From Antedon mediterranea (lineage: Eukaryota; Animalia; Echinodermata), in NCBI RefSeq assembly GCF_964355755.1, contig NC_092674.1:13206001-13270000 (forward strand): a stretch of 64,000 nucleotides of DNA. Reading direction: 5' to 3'. Shown piece by piece: positions 37,274 through 52,200 of this stretch. A program made the position numbers and the translations under genes. The notes below the pieces were generated by a model. It saw nothing but the letters and a program-made list of their open reading frames with translations, was not told where the DNA came from and did no database searches. Positions within the stretch are counted from its first letter, which is position 1. The number at the start of each line of letters is the position of its first letter.

Positions 37274-40200
37274 TTAGGGTTCAGTTTCAAATTGATCAGC
37301 TAGGTCTGTTCTGCCTGTATGTCTTAGAGCTTCTATAAGCTGTGAACGCTTGGACTTCTCGTGACTCTGCCAAACCTCCAACATGCTTTGCATTGCTCCT
37401 TGTATGTTATTAGGATTGTCTTGTTTAAATGTATAAAGATTGGCTTTCGTGAAGCCAAGACGTAATCCTAGTTCTTCCCATTCACCGCACAGGTTGTTGG
37501 TTAGATCCGCTAATTCTCCACCCGTTAATTCTCTGCTCGTCAAGCCTGCATCTAAACAAATATATATAAATTAAATATATATAAATTAAATAAATCATCC
37601 ACTAAAAAAAACATCGTCTCTGATAGATTATAAATCAGATAAGGTAGCTTGCTAGACATTTAGTAGTAATTGTTGTATTTGGCCTGTATACACATTTATA
37701 ATTATATTAAGTTTTGTTTTGTATTTCTTTTTACTTCACCTGACGGAGGCATTCCTGCTTGAATGCATTTTTGGCTACTGCTACGTTATTGAGAGATTAT
37801 TTGAAAATTTTAGATATTTTATATTGGTTTATAAAAAAATTAAACTTGTAACAAGGGGTAAATCTAACTTAGATTTAAATTAATTAATTACTTATAGTTG
37901 ACGTATACAGATGAGATTTTATAATGCACGTTTGTTTAACTGTATACATCATATCGGACATACTGTAGGCACATCTATATTACCTAAAGTAATATTTTAC
38001 GATTATCAGTGTTGTATCTACACATACTTCAATATTTGCAAAGTATCATAGGAATATGTTTGTAATACAGTATCTCATTTGTATCTCATGTCACCTTATG
38101 TGGAGCCTGACGTGTCGCATAAGGTTAGGTTAAGTGTTATGTTATGGTATACTGTATGATACTATGAGATACATGTGTCACACATGTGATATTGTAAAAC
38201 CAAACATTCCTATGATACTTGAGAAATCTAGATACATTACCATTGTGATGATATATGACGCGGGACCAGTAATTAGCTTTTCATTTTTTATCTTATGTGG
38301 CGTCTAAACAGAGCGACAGAATTATAATGCATAATCCTCATTATATTTCCATCAATCAGCCTCAAATACTGTTATAAGAGAGCACGTATATTGTACAGGG
38401 ATTTTAACGAAATGTTTGCATTGTGTGCACCTATCTGTAAGAACAATTCGCACTTGATGCAAAAATAGGAACCAACTAACCTGTAGCCTGAGGACCATCA
38501 CTCGGTGTATCTATGTACAAAACGTATGACTACGTATTAGTAAACATCTCAAAAACTAATTGCTCATATAAAAAAATGTTAAGCCTTACAATTGAATTAT
38601 TATTAGCTTACTTTATAAAACGTTTACATAACATTGTTGCTAGATCAGTTTTTAAGTACAGTGACAACAAACTACCTACTGTAGGTCGAATTGTGCTTGT
38701 TTCTACATTGAAACGAGCAGCTAATAAAATAAAGGATAGTGACCAATTAACATAAGTGAGAAGTATCTGATATGATACCATACCTAACTATAAAGTGTAC
38801 GTTTAAAATCATATTTCGCAAGTTTACTGAACTTTTGACTATTATTTTATAAAAAAATAATCAAAATAAACACAATATTCAAAACATTTTTTTTTAAATT
38901 AAAAAAAGATTGCATCGTTTCATTTTGATTTAAAAAAGAATCTCAGATTGCACACTAGTAAAACAATTTAGGCATGGATATAAAAACACTCGTAATTAGT
39001 CTTTGATTGAAAAAATATATTATTTTAAGTTATTTAATTGTTAAATTATAACTTATATATAAGCATAATCTATTGAAATATTAACTTTTGGGTAGTATCC
39101 ACAGTATTTCAGTCTATAGTAATAAAACATATTTTCCTATATATAACACTATAATCTATGAACCAGTTCTAGTTTATTTGTTCTCTATATTTTACTGTAG
39201 TATAGCCTATCCTTAAACTTACCGCCAAAGAGTCGCTTGTAACGTGTCACATCCATGCCTTTTATGTTGCATGGCAACATGTCATCCTGGAAATCTCCAA
39301 AAATTTGCATATGCTTCTTTTCGGATGTCTCGCTACAAACACAGGGAATGCATCTGTGGAAGGTAATCCCCCTCCTACCACCGTCTCTGGAATGTCCAAA
39401 TGACATCTCAATCGTTGACAACACCTTTCAAAAACAAGAATTGCAGTTTAATGTTTTTTTTAAATTAGGATGTCTATCAATAGCAAAAGTTGTACAACAT
39501 TAATTGTTATTTCTTTTTAAAATAAACCTCAAAAATACAATATTAAACGGAATCAAATATAGAGCCACCTTAATTGACCTGAATAAATTATTAACGTTGG
39601 CAAAATGTGTTTATTTGTCGAGTACTTACAAAAAAAAGCCTACAATAGGTAAATTATAATAAAATAATATATATATATAAATACATACCTCTTTACATGC
39701 TTCGGGAGTGAGTTCACATACTGTGTTTATTGGTTCCATAATTGCCTTTCTACGCGTAATAGTTACCTAATATTTTAAAAGAAGCATGCAGTATATTGGT
39801 ATGTGCATAGCAAACGTTATGAATGAATGTTCTGGCATACTATATGCCTATACTTTATCTTGTCCAAACTTGTGTAAGCTAAATGTGATTGTGGCAAAAA
39901 TTATTAAAGGAATGATGTTTATGTTTCTTTTTTATATAAGGCATGCTATAGCGTTTTTAATCAATAATCGGTACCGGCAATTGCTGCAACATAGAGTTAT
40001 TTTGTAGTTGTCTGCGTTTTACATTGTTTTTGTTCACCTTTGATAGTACAATATAATTACAGTAATAACATTTGATGGCTGTAAATTTGAAAAAAAGTGT
40101 TGTTCCACCCACTAATGGTGGTGCTAAAAAGTTGCTATACAATAGGATTAAAAAAATGGATATTACTTGAATTACTGAAAACTAGATGGTACGCTCGCTT

Positions 40201-43200
40201 CGCTCGCGTACCATCTAGGTCGTGCCCACAGATGGTTCTCGAATACATAATAATTTCAGCGTTAAAAAACTGGCGATTTCAAATGTACGTACCGCAGGAC
40301 AATAATACATGTCGTTTACAGGAACGAATAAATAGACACTGTGATTTATGTACTCAACTAAAATTAGCACCCTGGGAATTACTTCCGAAAAAGAAACTTG
40401 TCACAAAATGAGACCAATTGTTTAAGTCAAATTTAAACAAACTTAATTTGTGTTTTGTATGTAACATTCGGGTTGAGGGATGGGGAAGAAGATGGGTGCA
40501 AAGAGGAACAATTTTTAAATATATTCTTTATCCATTTAGTAACAAAATATTAATGGAACTTATTCAACCTTATGTTCCTAAGCGGTCTCTGAGATCTAGA
40601 TCTGAGTCTCTTCTTGCCCATATATTTCATCCTTCCACTAAGTTTTATGGAAATCGTTCATTTTCTTCGGCATTCGTTTCTCTATGGAATGCGTTGCCTA
40701 TTGAAATCCGTCAGGCTACTTCCACTAGTGTCTTCAAATCTCTCCTCAAAACCCACCTTTTTAATTTGTAATTTTCTAAATGTTTCTGTCTTTGTAAAGC
40801 GCATTGAGGCTTTCAGCATAATGCGCTATATCAAGTACCAGTTATTATTATTATTATTGTTTTCATGTTTTACAAATAATATACCACTAAACACAGTAGT
40901 AAAACATTGCGATGTAATACTTTGTTGAAACTATCACCGTCCTAGTGGATTGAAATAGTACAGTACATGTAACGATACATCACTACGACGTGTATATGTT
41001 TATGTAATGTAAAACAATTTGTGAAAACCACCTCTATTCGGGGAAAATCATAAATTCGATTTAATCGTCAATAAATATTAAATTATCCAACTCAACTTAA
41101 TTAGTAGGCCTAATGGTTTTCAATTCTTTCTTAGAGCCAATTCATACTTAAGTTGGTTCCTACTGGGGTTCCTACCCTACCCACCAACGTTGTTCTGCGT
41201 TTAGGCCATGTGATGTACCTTAGGCCTATCCTCTACTGGTTTTACAACGCTACTCATGCCACTGAGGGAAGGGTGATGATGTGGGTGGTTTAACTGCAAT
41301 AATAACGATTTGTACATACAATATATGGCGAGTGAAAACGCTAGCTCATTATCCGTTTAAAAAAAAATTATATCCAACCTCTGCAGCACAGATTGAAAAA
41401 AAAAATGGATCGAATTTCTGTTATGAGTATACAGGACTTGCCTTTACGACACCTGAGGGAATAGACACTTGTGGAACACAGATTGGAATGTTCCATTCAT
41501 CGCAAATCAATACATTTGTATAAACGTATATTAAATCTATCAAAATAGTATTTTTTAAAGAAAATCGGCCTGTCTTCAACATTATGATGCTGTACTCGAG
41601 CTGTTCAACCGGTTTTCAGCCATTAAAAACAATTATCGTAAGAGGAGATAGGAAAATGCGAAGCATCCTCGTATTATCGTCTGCGGGTATTTTTCAAGAT
41701 GGACATCCATTAGACAGTGTATACCACGCTCTAAAAACACCCCTATTTGGGGCAAATCGTTGAACCTAAATTCGTTTTAATCGTCAATAACTAATTATCG
41801 AACTCAATTTAATTAGTAAACAGGGTTACATCAGGTGGTTAAAATCAGTACCGAAAGTACGAACCAACTTTACATACCATCGAGTGAAAATTCTAGAAAT
41901 AACGCGCGATTTACCGAATTTTGCCCTTACGTAAATTTATATATAGATAATATATCATGCTACCTTTAACAGGAACTTTCGCTCATTCTTCTTAGTTACG
42001 AATTTGTCAAGAGACAAGATCACGTGATGAAATTGGTCTAAGTAGAGTTCGGCCAAATCATGCGTTAATGCTGGATCATCTCCGGTTTCCTTCTGATATT
42101 TGTTAATGAACTCAATAACTAAATATGGAAACACTACGTCAGGCAGATATCCACAAAGGTCGTAATAGATACTGATAGAGTGGTTGTCATCAGGTAGAGA
42201 TCTCGATTCACTGAATGGAGTATCAAAAGCAAGTCGCAGTGGCACAAAAAACGATTGCTTGACACCTTCTGGTTCCTGAAATATTAATTGAAAATTTTAA
42301 AGATCTATTGTCCCTTTGACTAATTAAAAAAAAATGTTTTTAATATTTCGAAAAAAGTGGGTCATTTTGAAGTATCATAATAGTTATTAACTTTCACCAA
42401 AAACTAGTCGGAAAAACATAATTTAACCGAAATACAGACTTTTTTTTTGTTTAAAAAATAACTTTGACTTCCAGTCAAAGTTTTCGATCAAAACATATCT
42501 CATAATGCAACGCGCTTGTTTGGCTACTCTGTATGCATAATAAAAAAACTTCTTCGCGATCTGTGTGAAAACACCTTCTCAACCGCAATGAGTTGTAAAC
42601 AATCCTAATTAGCATCATGCATAATGTATACTCATGGTTTGGAATCTTTGTTTACTTTCGCTCGTGACAATTTTCCAGACGAAATGTAATCAAATTAATT
42701 TACCTGTTAATTACATAACATTGTTGTTTTTTGCTCAAATTTTCGACTTAAAGTGAATAACTTTAATATTACTTTAATATGGCCAATTTAAATTTAGAAT
42801 ATTTTTTTTCCATTTTTTTGTGTTTCAATGGACAATACATCTTTAAATAAAATACAAGACGCCATTTAATTGAAATTGTACACACAATAATAAATGTACT
42901 ATGAGTATATGTAGTGCACTAAACCAGTAATTTTCTTATTTTGATCGAATCAGCTCGCAACACACACATAAACCAGGAAGCATTATCAACGGGGTTATAT
43001 TATAGGCCTAATATCAATATACAAATGTTTGGTATGATCGCTTCGCTCGCGTACCATCTAGGTCGTGCCCGCAGATGGTTCTCGAATGTCAGCGTAAAAA
43101 ACTGGTATTTTTCAAGATGGACATCCATTAGACTGTGTGTACCAAGGTCGGAGCAAATAGTTGAAGCTAAATTCGGTTTAATTGTAAATAACTAATTATT

Positions 43201-46200
43201 TAACTCAACATAATTACCAAACAGGGTTACATCAGGTGGTTAAAATCAGTACCGAGAGTACAAACCAACTTTATATACCATCGGGTAAACATTCTAGAAG
43301 TAACGCGCGATTGACCACATTTTGCCCTTATGTAAATTCATATATAGAAGACAGGGACCTATTTCTGTCATTGTCAACCCACCTAACCAAGTATGCTCGA
43401 GTCAAGTACAAAAAACCCATACCGTTGCCGTGACTTGACTAGTAGAGGTTATCTTCCTACAAATGAAGCCAAATCGGATCATTAACTCTACGAGGTACTG
43501 GAACTTCTCCATGTCAATACCTTGCTCCTCCCATAATTTGTGTAACAACGTTTCATCCAGTATGCCTTTGTTAAGGTTCCAAAAGGCTTCACGATACATA
43601 CCTGTCTAAAATAGAATACAAAATAAATATTATGATGTTTGTGTTTCTGTATAAGGCACAATACATTCTATGGTGAAAAGTATTAGGCCTCATACGTTTT
43701 CTTTTTGATGGATAATTGGATCATCAGCAAAACATATCAATAATATATTCTTTGGAAAGGAGGCACATCAGTGTAAATTATCTTGTAAATGGTAAGTTGA
43801 TAAATAAATGAAACCGTCGCAGGTTTGAGACGTTGTAGAGAAAGAAGTAACAACCAACTACGAGCTATGATGCTCAAATTTCATATGATATTTAAAAGAG
43901 ATGTAGAAATAATATAAAACAGAATTTGATAATCTAAATGAAAGTTTATTAAGCCAAAAAACGAAACATACATCTTAAGAGTTTACAGAAAGCGAGAAAG
44001 TAAACATTGAGACAAATGATAATAAAACTAAGTTGTTCACATTATCCTTTTTAAAGGAAAATGTCAGCCCGTACTATGAGGTAACTTACTGGAAAGTCAG
44101 GTGGAATCACAGTGACAAACGCGGTGATAACTTTAACCAATCCCATAGGATCTACCACCACTTCGTCTTTTAATGATTCATTATCAGGCAGGTAGATGAT
44201 GTCACCAAGATCATACAGGAAGTTAAGAAGGGCCGACTGTTGATTTTCATCAAGAATTCCGCTTTTTCTTGCCAGAACTTTAACCTGAAAAGTTTACATC
44301 GAAATACAAAAATCTAATTTTCTTTTCTTACATCGTATCAGCAATGTGTAATACGAACAGTTTTACTGTTGCTTTTTCTTTTTACTATAAATAAATATTT
44401 ATAATGTACATTTTAAAAGAATTTTAACAAATCAAAACCGTTGTATTACAAAAAATGTACCATTTTAAAATAAAAATGGTACAATAATGGATATTTCTTT
44501 TTAATTTACCTCTTCTAAAGTACATATCAATTTTGCCACCCGTAGATTATATATTTCACATCGAAAGCGCATCCACTTCAACGGAATAACCTTTTTTAAA
44601 TGGTTCATAAGCTTATTAATTTCTTTTTTAAGATCATCAAAGCTCTTATCAGTAGTTGCTTCACTGTTTTCAACAGCAAACATTCCATGTACATGCTTTT
44701 GGTACGGTTTCCCTATGAGAGTCTCGTCAATCTTCTTTAACAACTTCTTTGACTGAATTAAAAAAAACAACAACTAAACTAAATTGTGAAGATGCAATTA
44801 GCCTACTATCAATATAAGACACAGGATATAAGCACATTATTAAACATGTTATGCAAAATGTTTACCATTTTCATTTTGTCTTCCTTGTATAAAACGTTAA
44901 CATTGGCGAAAAAATTTAAATTTTACAACTGTCTAAATTTTCAAATGTACAATTGATTGATGTAGGTTAGGATAACATACCGTACCGATTATGTCAGAAT
45001 ATTTTATTTTAAAAAAATGAAAATTAACGCGGTCAATTGAATGTATTAGGATGATAATTACAATATATAAAATGTAATAATAAACGTGACTGAAGTGAGT
45101 AAACATTGTTTATATATGATTTCACTATTAGGTCATCAAACGATTTAAATTTGATGACCATTAAACAATAATTTGGTAAAAAATATAATAAAATAGCAAA
45201 ATTAGGCCTAAACCTATGCGACTTCAAGTCTAAATATGTAGTTGCGATCCTTAAAGGTATAGCGTATACTCCCACAAACCGTCCCATCCCTTATTTTTAG
45301 AATACGAATTTCTCCCATCATTAGTCCGTATTAGATCTCTTTACACTCGAACTGGTAGATATAGAAAGTCAACTCCATATAATAGCAAAACATCTAGATA
45401 AGATTAGTCTAACTATAAACTGTGTCTCATTGTAGGCATCATGACAATTTGTTGTTATTGGAATTTCTCTTTTGCCTGTATGCTTTTTTTAATCTTTTAA
45501 TGTGTTTTTTCATTATCGTGTTTTTTGAGGTTTTTTTAAAATAATTTTACGAGGTTTGTCTGTGTACAAATAATACATTTTAAATGTTTTATATATTTGA
45601 CAATAAATGCTGTGCAAGCAGCGCACTCAATCATTCAAAACTAAAGTAACGTTTCTAGAATTGCGTAAAATATGACTTGTACCATGTCATTTCGTTCCTC
45701 TTCCGTGTCTCCAAGCTTTCCTTTGTGCGTACCCACAATAAGAATAACAGGTAAATGAACTTTCTCCTTTATATTCTCAATAACGTTACGGCTATGAGAA
45801 TAAACTGAGAGGATCGACGATAATATGAATTGGAGATTGGTCAAATGGTGTACACGTTTGTGCTAAAACATAAAACAAAATATATTATATATAAATTAGT
45901 TGTGTGTGAAATTTTCATTTCAGTTTATACAAAGCCAAACATACACTTCAACAATTGTTTTCACAATTAAACTTTTGAAGGTCATTATAAAAATAATAAT
46001 TTAAAACAAAAATGATAATAATAATAATAATTCTTTCCGCGCTACGGTACAATATAAGCATAGTGATTTTTTTTTTTTTTTTTATAAATGATCTTCATCA
46101 ACAGTTAGGATTCCTCGTGACTTGTTCAATCTACTCAACAATTGTACAAATGACTTAAAAAAACATACTTACTCCATTTGAATCTAGGACAATTGCAGGA

Positions 46201-49200
46201 TCATAGAGGTTTTTACTCATGTCAAATACAACTAGATACACTGCTCCTAGTGTCATAAAGATCTAAATAAAAAAAACAATTATTTATACAGCTATTTACT
46301 ATGACTAGAGGGTCATCTAGTAAGTGTAGACGATGGTTCTCGAAATGTTTAATAATGACTCGGGTAAAAAGCAGTCTGGTCCACGGACGTTTCGACAGCT
46401 TGTTTCGGTCTATTTTCGGGGGGCGGCTACCATAGCCTAATCTTTGTTATTGGAATTCTTTAATGAGATATTTTAAAATATACATTTTAAATGTTTACTG
46501 GATATTTATTGGTTATTTGTTAAAATAATGTTTCTTAGTGTCTTGATGAATTTATATTATGAAATACAATAAAAAATATCAAAATCCTTGATAAATTATC
46601 AATGAATTCTACTACATCTAGAACTATGTTTTAACATAACGTTGAACGTATATAAGTATAGTGGCAATTTATTTGAGGGGAGTTTATTCCAAATGTTGTT
46701 TTTTGGGGAGGAGGGGTAGGTTCGTCTGCTTATTCAAAGCAGTGCGTTTATTTTATTACGGTAATTAGGCATATTTCTCTAGGCCTAGTTGATTTCTTCT
46801 CTAATTTGATCATCGTTAATGATTGAGTGTTCTAGATATTGATGGATTACGAATAGACCAAGGAAAGCAGATATTACAGTTTTAGGCATAACGCAATTAT
46901 AACATTCATAGATAATAAAAATTAGATGAGGTCTCTCAATTATTTATCTCACAATTATTATCGTATGTATTACACCGATGATTTCTCTATTGAACATAAA
47001 CATGTGCGCTTACACTCTGTATTCTATGGTAGATGATCTGTCCTCCATGATCCCATATTTTGAAGGAGTGTTGCAATGGAGTCGTTTCTGCTTGTTTTTC
47101 AAAAATACCCTGAATGATATCGTCATCAAACTGGCCACGTACTTCAAATGATGCATCTTCAGTAACGTCTTTGGTCACATTCAACACTAGTTTAATTTAA
47201 TTTTTTTTAAATGTAAATAAAAAAAACAGTCATTATCATCAAATTCGTCGTCATCATCGTGATTATCATCAATCATCATATATCAACGATTACAATAACA
47301 CACTTATCTGTAATCTTCCTTGACATTTACCATCATGCAATCAGCATTTCGATTCATTATCATCATCGTTAACATTAAAGTCGTTGATAATGTATTGATT
47401 TTCTTATTCACTCAATAAGATGTTTTATAATAGTTTACGCACTGTCTTTTGTATTTTTGTGAGGGTCCCTAATGATCAGCTTCGGCTGGATGGACCACCC
47501 ATATTTTTGAAATAAAAAAATAAAAATAAACTGCATATCAAACACAACAAACCTTCTTTAGTTGATTTTTGGCTAACATAAAACAAAAAGATTGGCAAAT
47601 ATCATTATTTATTCCATTCAAATCAGTTACTGTCACTTATAAAATGTATTACGGGTTTATAATAAATTTTTTTTTCAGGCTCATTTTTCTCTTTTTTGAA
47701 TTAAACGTTCATGGTGTGTGCTGTAATGATATATGCATGTACGCGTACATCAACACTTCAAAACTATATCTACATTTCCAAAACATTTCGGGTTTATTTC
47801 GAGCGATTTGATCATTTATCCCACATTTAGTTGGATAGAAAATACCTTTTAAGTTGAATAGTTAATAACATTCTATTTAGGCCCTAACTTTAAAAGATAT
47901 CCCGGAATTTTAGTAGATCAGAATTAACAAATGTGAGTAATAACATCTATAAACAATATTACCTATTTCAATTTAAAAGCAGAAAGGAAATACCAATGTA
48001 TAATGATTTGATAACTGAATGGTACATTACCAATTTACATTGATAACTATACTAATTACCATTGGGAACTATTGATCATTGTATTTGGCTGTTATTTAGG
48101 AGACATTGGCATTTATGAGCAATTAAAATGTTGTACAGATGCTAACACACCATTGTTACAAATCCTTTAATACATACACAACATGAACATTAAGATACTA
48201 CATAAGTATACATGTTGATGACAATAAAAATAAATATTCATATCTTAAAATTCATTCATAAATTCTAGTAATTAAAGATTTATCTTGAGAATCACATTTA
48301 ATTTGTCGATTGCAAATTTGGTTTTATTTAATATTATTTTGGCAATCGATTATAAATTATAATACTTACATCTTTAGTTTCTGTTGATGTTCCACCTTTA
48401 GCACCTTTTGAAAAAAAAAGCATGTTTATTTCAGTAAGGAAGTAATTAATTTGAATGCCCACATTTGCTTGGTACCTGTAGGTAACAATAATGTCAGAAA
48501 ATGTGTATTTTTTCCTTTTCAGATATCTGTTTTGTTTTCGGAATTTTACATTAAGTGGGCCATATTGTAATTGCAATATGACACACTATACAATATAAAA
48601 CAACTTATGATTTTGACTAATTTCATATACAATTGTTATAATAAATATTGTAATAATAAGTAATAAGTAGTGTAATACGCTAAAAGCTAGTAAAGCATAC
48701 ACAAGAGCACAAATAAAACGTAGCCTACATGATGTCTATTTTATTTAAACTGTCGTAAGAAGCATTTATTTCAATTCCTTTGTCTTACCTTCTTAAAAAA
48801 TAACATTGTTTTGACAGAAAACTACAAATAAACATGTCTATGATTACCTATATCCATTTATTATAACATTATAAATTATCAATATTTAGGTCTTGTGTGC
48901 ATGAAAACAATTATTCTTAAATCATAATAAAATCATTTTTCCGATTTACAGAGAGTGAAAGAAATACACTCGTATCCATGACTACTATCCCTTCTCCCTC
49001 TATACTTCCTCTACACTATAAACATACGTTATGTTATGTGTCTAGCTAGACAGAGTAGCGTGCGAGAATCCGCTGAGAAATAACACTTTGTTAGATAAAA
49101 ATTAAAAATTTGTGACGTCACTTTGTCTCTTATCTTATTTTTTTTAAAGGAAAAAAAACAACAAAGACGATGGAAATCAGGCTTCTTAGTTTGGGTGTAT

Positions 49201-52200
49201 TAGCCCAAATAGATGAACATACAATGGTTAGCACAAAAAAAAACATCTTTTCTTCCGGCATCTCCATTTAAAATGTAAAACTTGACACGTAAACCTAAGC
49301 CTAAGCCTAAACAACGTTTAGGCTTACCATTGTTAAATAATTATTATTAATAAGAGTCCAAAGGAATTTATTCACTCACCTTTGATGACCTAATATATCT
49401 ATGTGATGAAATAAATAGTCTACTAGGTTATTAAGTAAAAGCAAAGATTAAACCTTGTGTACAAAATATAATAAAATAATTTACCACTGTTGGAAGTCGT
49501 TGTTTTAGTAACGGTCTAAAAGAAATAAATTACAATTATTAATAAGCAGGTTAATGTGAATAGTATTATTATTTTACCTAATTTATATATATTGTGCATT
49601 GTTTCTAAAATCATGTGACTACGTCATAAAACTAGATTACTTTAATCTTAAATAGAATCAGGTCTAACTTTATTATGTATGCGCATACAATATAACGTCG
49701 TTTTATATAATATGTAAAGAGTGTGTATTTAACTAAACATTGTACAATATTAATGTGATCATCTTCTTACACTGTTATGATTCAATAATCATTATACATT
49801 ATTTTGTAAGGTTGTGAATATTATATAAATATAGAGCTAAAAAAGGGAAAACATATTCAGACAATGTTAAATTGAAGCAAAACGGTTTAAAATATATTTA
49901 CCTTTTGAGAGGAAACTTTTCGTATCATACCACGTACTTTTCTCGCGAACCAAAATGTTTCTTTAGACTTCGGATGCACCACCTCCTCTTGATGTGGCTC
50001 GTTCATTGTTGTTTTGATCTATGTGGTGCAGTTGAAAAAGAATATTGTATTTTATTAAGTTTGTATTATTCTTTTATTACTATGCGTAACTAATGAATTG
50101 AAAAATCAGTGGCTATCAAAGATGATCAATTTCATCCGGCCTCTAGTATGTTCCAGTTGATGCGGAGCGGTCGGCGATTTCGTTCTATTAAGGCCAATAA
50201 GGCACCATTTAAAAATAGTTCCTTTCCAGGAGCTATTAGAGCATTAAACATCATGTAGACACTTTTTGTAATGTTTTTGTTTTGAGTTCGTGTTGTGTCC
50301 GTTGGATATTGTGCTCCGCCAACAGAGCAAACAGATTTTCTATGTTTTTTTCTTAAAACAAATGACAATAAATGATACTTGACTTGACTTAAACTTAATG
50401 CCATAACATAACCTATAGTCCAATGTATAACATGCTTAACACATGTACTAGTTTTATAATATTGTCTTTATCCGGTATGTGTTTGATATGATTGCATTAC
50501 ATTGCTCAGTGCTTCAATAGAAAGTAAATTCAATTTTTTAAGACCGTATTATCAATTTAAAGATGTATTGTCCCTTTGACTAATTCCAAAAAAATAAAAA
50601 ATAACAGATTTCGAAAAAAAATGGGTCAATTTGAAGTATCATAATAGTAATTTAACTTTCAATAAAAATTAGTCGAAAAAAAAATCATTCAACTGAATTA
50701 CAAACGGTTTTTTGTTAAAAAAAAAACTGTGACTTCCAGTCAAAGTTTTCGATCAAAACATATCCCATAATGCAACGCGCTTGCTAATGAATTATGCATA
50801 CAACTCCTTTTTTGGCTTGTTTATTTCTGTACGTACCGCAAGAGAACACACGTGTGAGTTGATTATCATCGTTCATCGCGAGAGAGACGAACCCGTGGTA
50901 AAGGATGGGTAAACGAGGCCCTTATTCTGGATTGAGATCATCGGAAAAGAAAAGGCGCAAACTTACACGTAATGTAGCGTCAAATGCTCGCAGAATTTTG
51001 CTAAACTTCGATACATTTCAGAGATGGTCCGTAGTAAAAGAAGCAAATAATTTAGCAAGTAATTCTGATGTTGCAAATTTTTTGCTTGACAGTAGGTAAC
51101 TTCTCTCTTTAGAAATAGTACAGTGTCCATCGGCTCTAGGGATTAGTTAGGGCCTTTTATTTAGTAAAATAGGCAATACTAGTAAGTAATGATAATTATT
51201 ATTATTGGTACTATAGTTCCACAGAGTTATAGATAGCCTAATAATTTTGAATTTAGTATAATACTAATAATAATAAATAGGTTAGGTTAGACCTCCAGGC
51301 TAGGCCTAGCTAGCCTATCTATACTAACTACTATAATAGCCTATACTACTACTACTACTACTACTACTAGGCCTGCCTACCTTTGCAATTAGATGAATCG
51401 TTCGAAAACAGGCGGATTGATAGGCCTAGGTAGATAGAGTAATACAACACACCTTTCGTAGTACAGCAGGTATTTTGAGACAGAAAGTATACTTTTAGTG
51501 TTAGTGTTATATATAATCTAGCATAGAATAGCTAGCCGCTAGGCCTATGCCTAATTAAAATCATAGATCCGGTTACCTAGCTGAACCAGGGAGTTGTTAT
51601 AACAACTCCCTGGCTGAACATACACACAGCACAGGTCCTACCATTTTTTTTAAATAAAAAAATTGGCCACCCATGACGAAAAGGTTTACCTCCTAACCAT
51701 TTGACTTGGAATTTTAAGTAGATAATTGATTACAATACCATCTGTTTGGTAGTGAGGGCCTTCACAAACAGGGCTGGTAAAATAATTATTTTCCTAGCTA
51801 GAGTGGGAATTAACTTTGGTACCTCCTCTGTTGTTACATTACTAGGGCTAGCCAGTGTCAATTTTAGTACAGTATTAATTTGATGATTTGGTATATTAAT
51901 TTTTTTTTTAATTTAAATTGTAAAATTGTTTTCCCTTATTCTATACCTCTTCACACTGTGCTTTATTGTTTTACGTTTAGTCATGCAGAAAGACATAGCA
52001 CAGCTTCTGGGCCGACCAGGACAACAGTTTCTACTCACCTTCCTACAACATCGACGCCTATAGAAGGTGCTTATTTAAGAACTACACTATCTGGTGGTTC
52101 AGATACAAGGTATGAAAATTTAGATATAATACAAATTTTGTTATGAAATATATTACTAATAATATTAATACCGTACTTAAATTAGATCACATGGGATTCA

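Noticed and set aside
42301-42842. Solo long terminal direct repeat of a KolobokP-type element
   Set aside because: The large element has no direct repeat of this unit at its ends; the 542-bp piece is a left-plus-right deletion derivative.
49380-49398. Possible ROCO micro-exon with a strong GTGAGT donor (similar candidate near 37740)
   Set aside because: Candidate lengths at 49380 (10 or 19 nt) break the frame, and the acceptor near 37740 is weak; cannot be supported without RNA-seq.
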